From the sequence record PP180001: DNA of 53,791 nucleotides. One strand, 5' to 3'. The first letter of the stretch is position 1; each line of letters starts with the position of its first letter. Positions 8,770 to 17,340 of this stretch are shown piece by piece. This DNA is from Escherichia phage mEp010. The position numbers and the translations under genes were made by a program. The notes beneath the pieces were generated by a model, which saw only the letters and a list, made by a program, of their open reading frames with translations, did no database searches and was not told the origin of the DNA.

Positions 8770-8923
8770 TGGCCTTTTGTGCTTTCCTTTATCTTTTTTC
8801 TTGCATCATTGCAACTATGGCCTTACCTTGTCTGCAAGTTTACATAATGGCTTTAACAGGTCAAGGCTTGAAAAACACGTTTTGTGACTTGCATCAAACT
8901 TTTTTAGGTTATAGGGTAGCGAC
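8770..8923. promoter_or_regulatory. Divergent immunity-region promoter/operator segment
   Basis: Leftward TTGACC-16-TAAACT (8837-8864, minus); repressor ATG only ~10 nt after a TTATAG -10-like hexamer (leaderless-type); repeated CTTGCATCA half-sites at 8800-8808 and 8888-8896. Confidence 0.4.
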
Positions 8924-9571
8924 ATGAAAACAAAATGGTATGACTTAGCAAAGCAGCTCATGCGGGCGCAGGGCATGAGTCAGGATTCATTGGCTGATCT
9001 CATGGGGATAACCAAAGGTGGCCTTTCGCACTGGCTGAACGGTCGCCGTGAGCCAAATCTTGAAGATATTGCGCGGATCATGCGGGCGCTTGGGCGTCGG
9101 CAGTTTACTGTCACACATGACGGGATGGTTATCGATGATTCTGTTTCTAACACGTTACCGGGAGCGCCACCGCGTGATTTAGGCAGTTACCCGGTTGTTG
9201 ACTGGAAGGATGTAGCAAACAATATGGAAGGCACATGCCGATCAACATTGCCACACATTACTACTAGCGTTATTTGTTCGGATGATAGTTATTGGCTGGT
9301 TGCTAAAGGTGAATCAATGAACGCACCGCAGGGGTTAAGCATCCCGGCGGGGACTATGATACTCGTTGACCCGCACGCGCCAGCTATTGACGGAAAACTT
9401 GTTATAGCACAACTGGAGGAAGGGCAGATACCTACGTTTAAACAGTTGATTATTGATGGAGGCCGAAAACTTTTGCGTTCACTGAATCCGTTGTATCCGC
9501 CGATCCCTATGAATCCAGAATCAAAAATCATAGGCGTGGTGGTTGATGCGAAGATCGTAAACCTGCCATAA
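8924..9571 (+). CDS. cI: CI/C2-type lysogeny repressor (HTH plus S24 LexA-like peptidase domain)
   Basis: 215 aa; C-terminal domain resembles P22 C2/lambda CI (GESMNAPQGLSIPAGTMILVDP, KLVIAQLEEGQIPTFKQL, KIIGVVVDAKIVNLP). Confidence 0.9.
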   Translation: MKTKWYDLAKQLMRAQGMSQDSLADLMGITKGGLSHWLNGRREPNLEDIARIMRALGRRQFTVTHDGMVIDDSVSNTLPGAPPRDLGSYPVVDWKDVANNMEGTCRSTLPHITTSVICSDDSYWLVAKGESMNAPQGLSIPAGTMILVDPHAPAIDGKLVIAQLEEGQIPTFKQLIIDGGRKLLRSLNPLYPPIPMNPESKIIGVVVDAKIVNLP

Positions 9572-9577
9572 ACAATA

Positions 9578-9601
9578 GCCGCCGGATGGCGGCTTTTCTT
9601 T
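9578..9601 (+). terminator. Rho-independent terminator after repressor gene
   Basis: GCCGCC-GGAT-GGCGGC hairpin followed by TTTTCTTT. Confidence 0.7.
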
Positions 9602-9695
9602 GTCTGAAAAAACACCAAAACGTAAACAGAAAACGCTATTTATTGTTTAAATATCAATAGCATATAAAATATTTTAAAAAAGTATACAAAATGGA

Positions 9696-9724
9696 TTGAC
9701 TTGGTGTTTTACGGGGCGTATATT
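9696..9724 (+). promoter_or_regulatory. Rightward early promoter (PL-equivalent): TTGACT-17 bp-TATATT
   Basis: Near-consensus sigma-70 hexamers with 17-bp spacer; recurrent motif GTATACAAAATGG abuts the -35. Confidence 0.65.
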
Positions 9725-9978
9725 GCGAATCAAAGGAAGGGCGTAGGTAACAAAAGCAGCTTCCTGGCACTTTAAAAATCAGGCTTAACACCTTGTCAAC
9801 CGTGGAGTAACTCCCCAATGGGGGACCGAAAGCGGCACTGATAACAAGGCGCATGGGGTGTTTAAAGCGTTACATCCCCCACGAAACCGCACGCAGGGCG
9901 ACGAGTCAGCTTGCTTGGAGTGAGCAAGGTCACGCCGGGAACGGCGATGATTGCGGGATTAGTTGAAAGATGTTAAGC

Positions 9979-10016
9979 CGCTCATTAAAAATCTGGTCAG
10001 CCGCTGGAAGTGCGGC
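9979..10016 (+). promoter_or_regulatory. nutL-like site (boxA CGCTCATTA plus boxB-like hairpin GCCGC-TGGAAGT-GCGGC)
   Basis: 58 nt upstream of the N-like gene; shares GCTC(A/T)TTAAAAATCTGGT with the nutR-like site. Confidence 0.55.
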
Positions 10017-10073
10017 AATTAACGAAGATGATTTTTTTATTAAGTATCATCAAGGATATACGGAGATCAGATT

Positions 10074-10364
10074 ATGAGCGTTACAATTATGTATGGAAAA
10101 TGTGATAGCAAAATGAACGCCAGGGAACGCAGAAGGATAAAAAGAGAAAACGAAAGAAAATCATCACCTGCAATTAATAAAACAGACAATGTGGATAAAG
10201 CTATTCGATTTGCAAACGAGGAAAGGTGCAAACCAAATAGCATTAAAGAACGTCGCAAAGGTTCAGTAAAATGGTATACGGAAAATGAAAGCGGCAACTA
10301 CTACCACGCAACGCAACCACGCCATTTAGGGGAGAAACCCCTGGATAAAGTCCGTTACCATTAA
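10074..10364 (+). CDS. N: N-like antitermination protein (arginine-rich motif)
   Basis: 96 aa; N-terminus MSVTIMYGK..NARERRRIKRENERK parallels P22 gp24 / lambda N ARM; first gene after the nutL-like site. Confidence 0.7.
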   Translation: MSVTIMYGKCDSKMNARERRRIKRENERKSSPAINKTDNVDKAIRFANEERCKPNSIKERRKGSVKWYTENESGNYYHATQPRHLGEKPLDKVRYH

Positions 10365-10513
10365 TACAAAATGTAAACATTCGGAGGTTACATTATGGTT
10401 ATCGAGGCGCTTCAATTCAAACTGGCAGTAGCGGAAATGCTTCATGATGCCGAAATGTGGAGCGCCGCGAATAAAGCCTTATACATAGTGTTAACAGCGA
10501 AGGAGATTAAAGA

Positions 10514-11155
10514 GTGAAAACAGAGTTACACAAAAAGCTGTGGACGATTCAACAAACGTTGAACGCGCCGAAAAATCAGCGTAATAATTTCGGTGGGTAC
10601 AATTACAGGTCGGCGGAGGATATTTTAGAGGCGGTTAAGCCACTGCTTCAAAATATCACGCTGACTGTTAGCGATGAAATCGTCCTGATCGGCAATCGCT
10701 ATTATGTGAAGGCCACAGCTACGCTAAGCGACGGCGAAGATGAAATTGCGGTAACTGCTTACGCCAGGGAAGAAGAAAGCAAGAAGGGAATGGACGCAAG
10801 CCAGTTAACTGGCGCGACATCAAGTTATGCGCGTAAATACGCGTTGAACGGATTGTTCTGTATTGATGATGCGCGAGATCCTGATACTGACGCATACGCC
10901 AAGCAGACAGGCCAGCAGCCTCGCCAACAGAAAAATCCACCAAAACAACAACCACAGCCGCCGAAAGCGCCGCCAAATCCTGATGAAGTATTAGCACGTT
11001 TCTGTGATGCGGCAGCGAAAGCGCCGGACGCTAATAAGTTGCGCGAGATATTCGGGAAGTGCTGGAAGCTACTTCCTAAAGATTCAGAGCAGCAACAGAA
11101 AGCAAAAGACTGTTATGACATTCGCTTAAAAGAGCTTAAAGGGGAGATCAGTTAA
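10514..11155 (+). CDS. erf: Erf single-strand annealing protein
   Basis: 213 aa, GTG start after AAGGAG; close match to remembered P22 Erf (LNAPKNQ..F..Y.YRS.EDILE.VKPLL, DEIVLIG.RYYVKATAT, QLTGATSSYARKY). Confidence 0.9.
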   Translation: MKTELHKKLWTIQQTLNAPKNQRNNFGGYNYRSAEDILEAVKPLLQNITLTVSDEIVLIGNRYYVKATATLSDGEDEIAVTAYAREEESKKGMDASQLTGATSSYARKYALNGLFCIDDARDPDTDAYAKQTGQQPRQQKNPPKQQPQPPKAPPNPDEVLARFCDAAAKAPDANKLREIFGKCWKLLPKDSEQQQKAKDCYDIRLKELKGEIS

Positions 11156-11574
11156 TGAGCTTAAATTCAATCACGCTGGGCGGTAATATCGGGAATGATA
11201 TGGAGGTTCGCTACACGCAAAACGGTAAAGCTATTGGTAGCTTTCCGTTGGCTGTAACGAATGGCTACGGTGATAATAAACGGACTATGTGGATCACTTG
11301 CCTGGTATTTGGCGAGCGTGCGGAAAAATTAGCGCCACATATCCGTAAAGGTGGAAAAATAGTGGTAAGCGGTCGCCTGGATGTTCGGCAATATGACCGG
11401 AACGACGGCACGAAGGGGACTGCGGTAGAAGTGGCAGTCAATGAGTTTGAGTTCATGGCTGTTAACCAGCAAGGTCAGCAGCAAGGTCAGCAGCATAAAG
11501 CGCAGCCGCAGCAGAATCATAGCGGTGGATATAAAGAACCACCAATGGATTTCGATGACTCGATTCCGTTTTAA
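11155..11574 (+). CDS. ssb: Single-stranded DNA-binding protein
   Basis: 139 aa; OB-fold N-terminus, Gln/Gly-rich linker, acidic tail DFDDSIPF; ATGA-coupled to erf. Confidence 0.9.
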   Translation: MSLNSITLGGNIGNDMEVRYTQNGKAIGSFPLAVTNGYGDNKRTMWITCLVFGERAEKLAPHIRKGGKIVVSGRLDVRQYDRNDGTKGTAVEVAVNEFEFMAVNQQGQQQGQQHKAQPQQNHSGGYKEPPMDFDDSIPF

Positions 11575-11589
11575 ATCAATAGGTTAGCG

Positions 11590-11868
11590 ATGGTTGATTA
11601 TTTAAAAACGCCACCGCCACCGCGAACAAAAGAGCAAGTTCTCAAAGAAGCCCGTGATCATATCGATCATGGGCTTTTTTTATGCGGAACGGCAGCGGAA
11701 CGGATGGCAAAAAGATTTAGTGACCTGTACGCAAAACAAATATGGTTCGACAACTGGCAGGCAAGTTTTTACCCACTGCAAAGAAAACCGGATATGCATT
11801 GGCCTGAATATGTCGATCCACGTATGCGCAAATATCGCGGGCGTATGGGCCAGGTTATTAACGATTAA
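11590..11868 (+). CDS. Hypothetical protein (92 aa)
   Basis: Track ORF in rightward early operon. Confidence 0.5.
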   Translation: MVDYLKTPPPPRTKEQVLKEARDHIDHGLFLCGTAAERMAKRFSDLYAKQIWFDNWQASFYPLQRKPDMHWPEYVDPRMRKYRGRMGQVIND

Positions 11869-11882
11869 TGAGGTATTAAATC

Positions 11883-12107
11883 ATGATCGAAGATAAAGAA
11901 GTTGACGTAGAAATTCCTGACAGCGCTGATGAGCTTATCACTTTCGGCGGCGGGCTGTACGAATTCGAGACGTCTGCGGGCTGGGTTGATAAATGGCCTT
12001 TCCCTACTCGACAGGAATTAAGCGAACGTAAATCATTTGGCGAAGATGCCGAACGCCTGGCGAATAATAAATGGCTGGATAAATTCATTGCGGAGGGTGG
12101 CAAATGA
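11883..12107 (+). CDS. Hypothetical protein (74 aa, acidic)
   Basis: Track ORF in rightward early operon. Confidence 0.5.
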   Translation: MIEDKEVDVEIPDSADELITFGGGLYEFETSAGWVDKWPFPTRQELSERKSFGEDAERLANNKWLDKFIAEGGK

Positions 12108-12217
12108 ATATTGCAAAAATTGCCGCATTGGCGGCGGCGTTGGCTGTCGCGGCGATATATCTTAGCGTATCGCTTTATATTACGGTGGCGATCATCAAGC
12201 TGATTACTACTATGTGA
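12104..12217 (+). CDS. Possible 37-aa single-pass membrane peptide
   Basis: ATGA-overlapped with upstream stop; MNIAKIAALAAALAVAAIYLSVSLYITVAIIKLITTM. Confidence 0.35.
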   Translation: MNIAKIAALAAALAVAAIYLSVSLYITVAIIKLITTM

Positions 12218-12225
12218 GGTTAATC

Positions 12226-12345
12226 ATGAAAGTCGGTAAGGATATTGTGACTGTAGCGTTTTGCATTATTTGCTTCCTGTTTGTGGTTGTTTTTTGTGGC
12301 GCATTTGCTGCGCTGGTTAGCTTTATTTTTAGAGGGTTGCTGTGA
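12226..12345 (+). CDS. Possible 39-aa single-pass membrane peptide
   Basis: 8 nt after previous stop; stop overlaps next gene start; MKVGKDIVTVAFCIICFLFVVVFCGAFAALVSFIFRGLL. Confidence 0.35.
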   Translation: MKVGKDIVTVAFCIICFLFVVVFCGAFAALVSFIFRGLL

Positions 12346-12617
12346 TGAAAACATGGGATGCAAAGGCTGGTGATCTTGTTGTGTTGCCTGAATATCGTGA
12401 TGACCCTGGCATGGTTGTACTGAATAAGATGTATAACGATCTCGAGCGCCCGCTAGTGGTTAAATACCTGGACGGAACAATCATAGAACCGCGCTACTTT
12501 GATGAGATTGAACTGAAGGCCCGCAATGTTCGCGTTAAGCCATTCCGGGCTTATGTTGAAGACCACTGGCGGAAATTGTTCGCCGGACTGAATGGGATGT
12601 ACGGCGTATGGCAATGA
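12342..12617 (+). CDS. Hypothetical protein (91 aa)
   Basis: Track ORF, operon packing. Confidence 0.5.
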   Translation: MMKTWDAKAGDLVVLPEYRDDPGMVVLNKMYNDLERPLVVKYLDGTIIEPRYFDEIELKARNVRVKPFRAYVEDHWRKLFAGLNGMYGVWQ

Positions 12618-12799
12618 AAGAAGTAAAGGTTAAACACCTGAAAGGTGGGGAGCGCTTAAAGGCGTGGTGGGGCCGTGAATTTACAGCTACTGCTTTCAAA
12701 TTCAGGCAAGGCGGAGAGGTCATTATATACGACGAAAACATGGATGAAGTTGGTAAATGGCATCTTGAGCAATACGTCGAGGTGTTAAATGAAAATTAA
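12608..12799 (+). CDS. Hypothetical protein (63 aa)
   Basis: Track ORF, operon packing. Confidence 0.45.
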   Translation: MAMKEVKVKHLKGGERLKAWWGREFTATAFKFRQGGEVIIYDENMDEVGKWHLEQYVEVLNEN

Positions 12800-13121
12800 A
12801 TTCCATAAAGCATATGATAGCGAAACAAACAAGCTATCACTATTTATCGAATTCGAACGCCGGATCGTGGTTGTGCCCTGGGCGCGGCGCTTCAATGACG
12901 CTGGCGGTCGGCGGCAATTTGCGGTCGATATGCTGTTACGCGGTTGCGGCCTTATGCGTCCGCTATCTGATTTAAAACGAATGATGCCAGGATCGTTCGG
13001 TCAGATTGATGAAATAGAAATAAGCCAGGAAGAACTGAAACGGGCGCGTGATTTGTTCCTTTCAAGCGAAGGAAACCCGTTCAATCCAGAAACTGAAATG
13101 AAATGGCATCACCCACTATAA
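12789..13121 (+). CDS. Hypothetical protein (110 aa)
   Basis: Track ORF, operon packing. Confidence 0.5.
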   Translation: MKIKFHKAYDSETNKLSLFIEFERRIVVVPWARRFNDAGGRRQFAVDMLLRGCGLMRPLSDLKRMMPGSFGQIDEIEISQEELKRARDLFLSSEGNPFNPETEMKWHHPL

Positions 13122-13134
13122 AAGGATAAATATC

Positions 13135-13755
13135 ATGAACGACATCAAAACAGCTTATTCACTCGGCAGCGAAGGCATGTTAATCACTCGCTACACTGAA
13201 GACGCAAGTTTTCATGAAGTGGAAACGAAGGATTATCACGAAGTATTGAAAGATATGGAAGCTGGCAAGTATGACGCTGATTTGAATCTGGCGTTACACA
13301 TTGTTGATATTATGATGGACGCATCGATCCGCGATTATGTGTCTTTAAACGCTGAAGAAAAAACGGCTGTAGCTCGTTATGTCTTCTGCCTTACTTTCGT
13401 GAAACGCATGGAAGAGGAATTTGGTCGCGTGCCAGTTCCGGAAGAAATTGACCCGCTGGCGTTCGGAAGCGCTGTTATTTTCCCGTTAGATGAAAATCAT
13501 ACTGGTAGCGTTGCGCTGCATTCTATGCGCGGCGTAATGAAAAGTGTCTTTGAGGCTAAGGCGCTACAGAAGTGCGTTGATGAAGGGCACAACGAGGAAG
13601 ACGTAAAGGCGATCATGCCGTTGTTTTATGGCGAAATGGTTGGTAATAACATGCGCGCAAATGATTTAGGTGTGCAGGCGGCTATATCTGTGCTTAATGA
13701 AGCGCGGAAAATGGCACAGCCAATGCCGGAACCGGAAAAACGTGTACTGCATTAA
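13135..13755 (+). CDS. Hypothetical protein (206 aa, acidic)
   Basis: Track ORF with SD; no motif recognised. Confidence 0.6.
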   Translation: MNDIKTAYSLGSEGMLITRYTEDASFHEVETKDYHEVLKDMEAGKYDADLNLALHIVDIMMDASIRDYVSLNAEEKTAVARYVFCLTFVKRMEEEFGRVPVPEEIDPLAFGSAVIFPLDENHTGSVALHSMRGVMKSVFEAKALQKCVDEGHNEEDVKAIMPLFYGEMVGNNMRANDLGVQAAISVLNEARKMAQPMPEPEKRVLH

Positions 13756-13854
13756 CAGCGTGATTGCGATCACATAAATATACATTTTGTGTTGTGATCG
13801 CGTATCCGTTTTGTGAACTGAAATCAAAAGGTTTACAGCGCGGAGGAAAGCAAG

Positions 13855-14073
13855 ATGGAACGTGAATACATGCTTTATTGCGTTGAGGGTGGCGTAGGTA
13901 GCGATGCCTACGTCGCAGGGAAAAGCTATCCAGCCGATGAAGTGCTTTCTAATATGCACTTCCGGGAAAATGAAAGCCGGGTGTCTGTGTGGAAACGGTG
14001 CATTGATGGTATTGAGGTTGTAAGCATCGAACGGTATTTAGGCACGTTTGATTACGGTGTTATTGAGGCTTAA
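13855..14073 (+). CDS. Hypothetical protein (72 aa)
   Basis: Track ORF with GGAGGAAAG SD; preceded by 100-bp gap carrying the recurrent motif and a GCGATCACA/TGTGATCGC inverted repeat. Confidence 0.5.
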   Translation: MEREYMLYCVEGGVGSDAYVAGKSYPADEVLSNMHFRENESRVSVWKRCIDGIEVVSIERYLGTFDYGVIEA

Positions 14074-14171
14074 TTATGGACGACACATTGTTTTATATGT
14101 GCTGTTGCTGGGGTTTTATTGCCTTATGCCTGTTTATCAGGTGGTTTATTGAATACCATATGAGGTGATAT

Positions 14172-14366
14172 ATGAAAAAGGTTGGCGGTTATACGTTGCC
14201 TGATAACGCTAAATTGGCGGGAATTGGTTTTAGCGGCTGTTATTACTACAACAATGTAGGCGATATTTATTGCGTGCGTTTTGTCGATGGTGTACAGCAT
14301 TTTCGCAGACTACCAGACATTGAATTGAGTAAACTTATCCGTGAGGTGTCATTACATGCGGTTTAA
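14172..14366 (+). CDS. Hypothetical protein (64 aa)
   Basis: Track ORF. Confidence 0.45.
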   Translation: MKKVGGYTLPDNAKLAGIGFSGCYYYNNVGDIYCVRFVDGVQHFRRLPDIELSKLIREVSLHAV

Positions 14367-14559
14367 ACATTACAGAGAATGGATGATTCCAGAATCAGCA
14401 ACAAAGGCAGCGCCCGGAATATTTTCGGGCGTTTATTTTTATATGGAAGGTAAATGGTATTTCGGCAGCAGGCCGGATCACTATTATCAAGAATTATGCA
14501 AGCCTCACACATGGGATATTAATGAACGCGTGCAAGGTGGTGTAATAGACGAGGTTTAA
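14341..14559 (+). CDS. Hypothetical protein (72 aa)
   Basis: Track ORF. Confidence 0.45.
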   Translation: MRCHYMRFKHYREWMIPESATKAAPGIFSGVYFYMEGKWYFGSRPDHYYQELCKPHTWDINERVQGGVIDEV

Positions 14560-14560
14560 A

Positions 14561-14797
14561 ATGGTTAAGAGCTTTTTGAACTGGTTAAAGGTGTGGCTTT
14601 TGGCTACGCTTTTTGTTTTTTTGGTGTTCAGCGGCGTCATCGTCATATTTACGCTGGCTGTGATGTTTGTTACATGGTCAGTACCTGAATTTAACGACTT
14701 TGGAGCTATTATTGCCATCGCCCGCGCTTTATTGGCTGGTAGCGCATTTATTGGTTTTTGCTGGACTGTAGCGCCTGATTGGGGTGATGAATGGTGA
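14561..14797 (+). CDS. Hypothetical membrane protein (78 aa, two hydrophobic segments)
   Basis: Track ORF. Confidence 0.5.
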   Translation: MVKSFLNWLKVWLLATLFVFLVFSGVIVIFTLAVMFVTWSVPEFNDFGAIIAIARALLAGSAFIGFCWTVAPDWGDEW

Positions 14798-15035
14798 TCC
14801 TATGGCTTTGTTCAATATGTCAGAACTGCAATTTAATGCCGTAAAAGCTGCCGCCCGCGCAGCGCTTTCTGCCTGCAAAGCGGAGGTAGAGAAAAACGGC
14901 TACAGCGATAAAGCTACGCGGATGATATTAGAAAAGCATTATCGCAAGGTCGCACCACTAATCAGCATTGAGCGTTTTGTCTGGTTGGTGGGATATTTAA
15001 ACAACCGTTGGGGAACGGAACAGGACTATTTCTAG
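14784..15035 (+). CDS. Hypothetical protein (83 aa)
   Basis: Track ORF. Confidence 0.5.
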   Translation: MMNGDPMALFNMSELQFNAVKAAARAALSACKAEVEKNGYSDKATRMILEKHYRKVAPLISIERFVWLVGYLNNRWGTEQDYF

Positions 15036-15047
15036 TGGGTGGTTATA

Positions 15048-15587
15048 ATGAAAAATGATTTTGGAGGCAGCAGCACGCCGAAGGAAATTAAAGACCTGTG
15101 GCAGACACCTAAACCAGTTTTTAGAGGAATGGACCGCGAGTTTGAATTTGTCGCTGACGTGGCGGCAAACAAGGCAAACGCATTAATCCCGCGATATATA
15201 ACCGAAGAAATGGACACGCTGCATTATCCGTGGGGAGCGGTGGCAATGCCTGGTGAATATGTCTGGATGAATCCGCCATACTCAAACCCAGGGCCATTCG
15301 TTGATAAAGCGGCGCTTGAACATCAACGAAATCACATTGGTTGCGTAATGTTGTTGCCCGCTGACGTTTCTGTTAGCTGGTTCATGAACGGCGTTGAGAC
15401 GGCAAACGAATGCAGATTAATAACGCGCGGGCGGCTGGCGTTTATCAATGCTGCGACTGGTAAGCCAGTGAGCGGAAACAATAAAGGTAGCTTGTTTTTG
15501 ATCTGGCATCCACGGTGCAGACATGAATGTATTTTCACACACATAACGCGTAAAGAGCTATATGCAAGAGGTGCAGATAATGACTAG
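15048..15587 (+). CDS. Phage-type DNA N6-adenine methyltransferase (Dam family)
   Basis: LWQTPKPVF, WMNPPYS (motif IV), VMLLPADVSVSWF, GRLAFIN; ATG at 15048 after GGTGG SD. Confidence 0.8.
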   Translation: MKNDFGGSSTPKEIKDLWQTPKPVFRGMDREFEFVADVAANKANALIPRYITEEMDTLHYPWGAVAMPGEYVWMNPPYSNPGPFVDKAALEHQRNHIGCVMLLPADVSVSWFMNGVETANECRLITRGRLAFINAATGKPVSGNNKGSLFLIWHPRCRHECIFTHITRKELYARGADND

Positions 15588-16077
15588 TGCAGCAGATTTA
15601 TTACGACTTGCAGCGGAAACAATCGAGCAAAGGGGTAAACAAAACGGCTACGACAGAAAAGAGGAAAAATCAGCGCCAAAAATAGCCACTATATATAACG
15701 CTAAGAAGGGGACAAATTTAACTCCACTTGATGTATGGGATCTATTGATTTGTCTTAAGGAGGCGCGTTTAGAGGCCATTTTAGTTAATGAAAGCGATCC
15801 TACTGACACTTTGGTTGACTTGATTAGCTACAGCGCACTAAAAGCGGAGCAAATATTGAACGATCAGGAGGAAGAGAAAAAGAAAAAGCAGTTCACTGCC
15901 GCCAATATTGCTGATGGAATAATAAATGATGGGGCTATAACAAGCTGTAAGGGATTGCCGCCTTCTATGCTTAATCCTCAATGTGGTTGTATTTCAACTC
16001 GGCTTGATTTGAATTTTGATAGATCTGAAGCTGTTCGCGACAAGAGGTATGACCCAAATGAAAAAGGTGGCAATTGA
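15580..16077 (+). CDS. Hypothetical protein, possible MazG-like nucleotide pyrophosphohydrolase-related N-domain
   Basis: LRLAAETIEQRGKQNGYD...IATIYNA...LTPLDVWDLLICLKEARL resembles phage dATP/dGTP diphosphohydrolase N-terminal domains; tentative. Confidence 0.35.
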   Translation: MTSAADLLRLAAETIEQRGKQNGYDRKEEKSAPKIATIYNAKKGTNLTPLDVWDLLICLKEARLEAILVNESDPTDTLVDLISYSALKAEQILNDQEEEKKKKQFTAANIADGIINDGAITSCKGLPPSMLNPQCGCISTRLDLNFDRSEAVRDKRYDPNEKGGN

Positions 16078-16561
16078 CAGGTTATTAGCCTGCGTTTATG
16101 TCGCCGTTTTCGTGATCATCAACCTTATTGTTAACCATTGCGGCCCGTGGGTAATTCCGATCACCACGGTAGCCGCTGTGTGTGTCAATATGATGATCCG
16201 TGACTTCTTGTTATATGACGGCGGCCTAAAATGGTCGGCTACAACATGCGCCGCCGCTGGCGCAATCACGGTGCTGATAAATTACGACGCCGGAATGGTA
16301 GCGATCGCGTCATTCGTTGCGGTTGTTTCCGGTGCGCTTATTTCTGGCGGCGTTTACCGGGTTTTACCTGGTGACTTTGATTCGAAACGCTGGCCTGCAA
16401 ATATAGCGTCCGCCATTGGCGATGCGTTAATTTTTCCTACGCTATCGTTTATGGCATTTATGCCTGAAATATCAGCTATGCAATTCATCTCAAAAATGGC
16501 AGCGGTAACGGTGATCACTATCATCATGCGCCGCTATTTCACGTTTGAAGGCAGAAAATGA
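16049..16561 (+). CDS. Multi-pass inner-membrane protein, possibly VUT/YhhQ-like (queuosine-precursor transporter family)
   Basis: About five predicted TM helices; loose resemblance only; ATGA-coupled to the cytosine methyltransferase gene. Confidence 0.35.
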   Translation: MTQMKKVAIDRLLACVYVAVFVIINLIVNHCGPWVIPITTVAAVCVNMMIRDFLLYDGGLKWSATTCAAAGAITVLINYDAGMVAIASFVAVVSGALISGGVYRVLPGDFDSKRWPANIASAIGDALIFPTLSFMAFMPEISAMQFISKMAAVTVITIIMRRYFTFEGRK

Positions 16562-17340
16562 GCAAGGCTAAACACTGGTTTAATAATTGGCTTAGAAGTT
16601 GGGTGGTATGGTCGCTGTACGACGGCAGCGGGTACGCAGTTAAAGATTGGGCGGAAGCTGGATATAAGTGCTATTGCTTCAACTATGACGGCGCAAATCA
16701 CGGCGATTATGAAGGCGTTAAAATCATTCATCCAAACATTGAATACGTTAACGTATGGATTGACAGCCATTTCCTGGTAATGTTCTCCCCTGAATTGTCT
16801 GTTTATCCAGAGCCTGACATTATCTTGGGCTTCCCTCCATGCGACGATCTCGCTGTGTCTGGCGCTCGCTGGTTCGCTGATAAACGGAAAAAAGATCCTG
16901 ACTTCCAGGTGAAGGCGGCGAATAGCGCAAAACTGGTAGAAAAACTGGCGGATATGCACAACGTGCCGTGGATGGTGGAAAATCCGGTGGGAGCACTGTC
17001 AACGCTATGGCGCAAACCTGATTTTATCTTCAACCCGTGCGCTTACGGTGGCTACCTGCCTGAAGATGACAAACATCCTGCTTTCCCTGATGTTTACCCG
17101 CCGCGAGACGCGTACACGAAGAAAACTTGTATTTGGTGCGGCAACGGACTTAAACAGCCGCTTTTTAGACCTGTAGATCTTAACTCTGGTGATAACCCTG
17201 GGTGGGCGAAAACCGGAGGCAGGACGAAACGAACAAAGATGATCCGCTCACTAACGCCGCGTGGCTTTGCCCGTGCTGTATTCCTGGCTAACGACCGGGC
17301 CATCAATCGTACTACGCTCAACCGCGTTTTACCGGACTGA
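16558..17340 (+). CDS. DNA cytosine-5 methyltransferase (short form)
   Basis: Motif I-like LYDGSG, PC motif GFPPCDDLAVSG, ENV motif MVENPVGAL. Confidence 0.65.
   Translation: MSKAKHWFNNWLRSWVVWSLYDGSGYAVKDWAEAGYKCYCFNYDGANHGDYEGVKIIHPNIEYVNVWIDSHFLVMFSPELSVYPEPDIILGFPPCDDLAVSGARWFADKRKKDPDFQVKAANSAKLVEKLADMHNVPWMVENPVGALSTLWRKPDFIFNPCAYGGYLPEDDKHPAFPDVYPPRDAYTKKTCIWCGNGLKQPLFRPVDLNSGDNPGWAKTGGRTKRTKMIRSLTPRGFARAVFLANDRAINRTTLNRVLPD

Noticed and set aside
8721-8927. Track ORF (68 aa, +) covering the immunity-region intergenic segment
   Set aside because: Overlaps the divergent promoters, nutR-like site and operator-like repeats and ends at the repressor start; most likely regulatory DNA, although it contains a motif-embedded ATG at 8847.
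9654-9854. Minus-strand track ORF of 66 aa across the rightward early promoter
   Set aside because: Sits on the near-consensus promoter and leader, has no SD and is antisense to the transcribed leader.
9725-9978. Possible small ORF (37 codons from ATG near 9850) or ncRNA in the early leader
   Set aside because: No SD and no coding-like composition; hairpins are better explained as leader structure around the nut site. Left as structured leader, not a gene.
15048-17340. 7-deazaguanine DNA transglycosylase (DpdA) partner for the transporter-like protein
   Set aside because: No ORF in the window shows a TGT-like zinc-site pattern; the only Cys-rich candidate (18880-19608) has DnaJ-type CxxCxGxG repeats.
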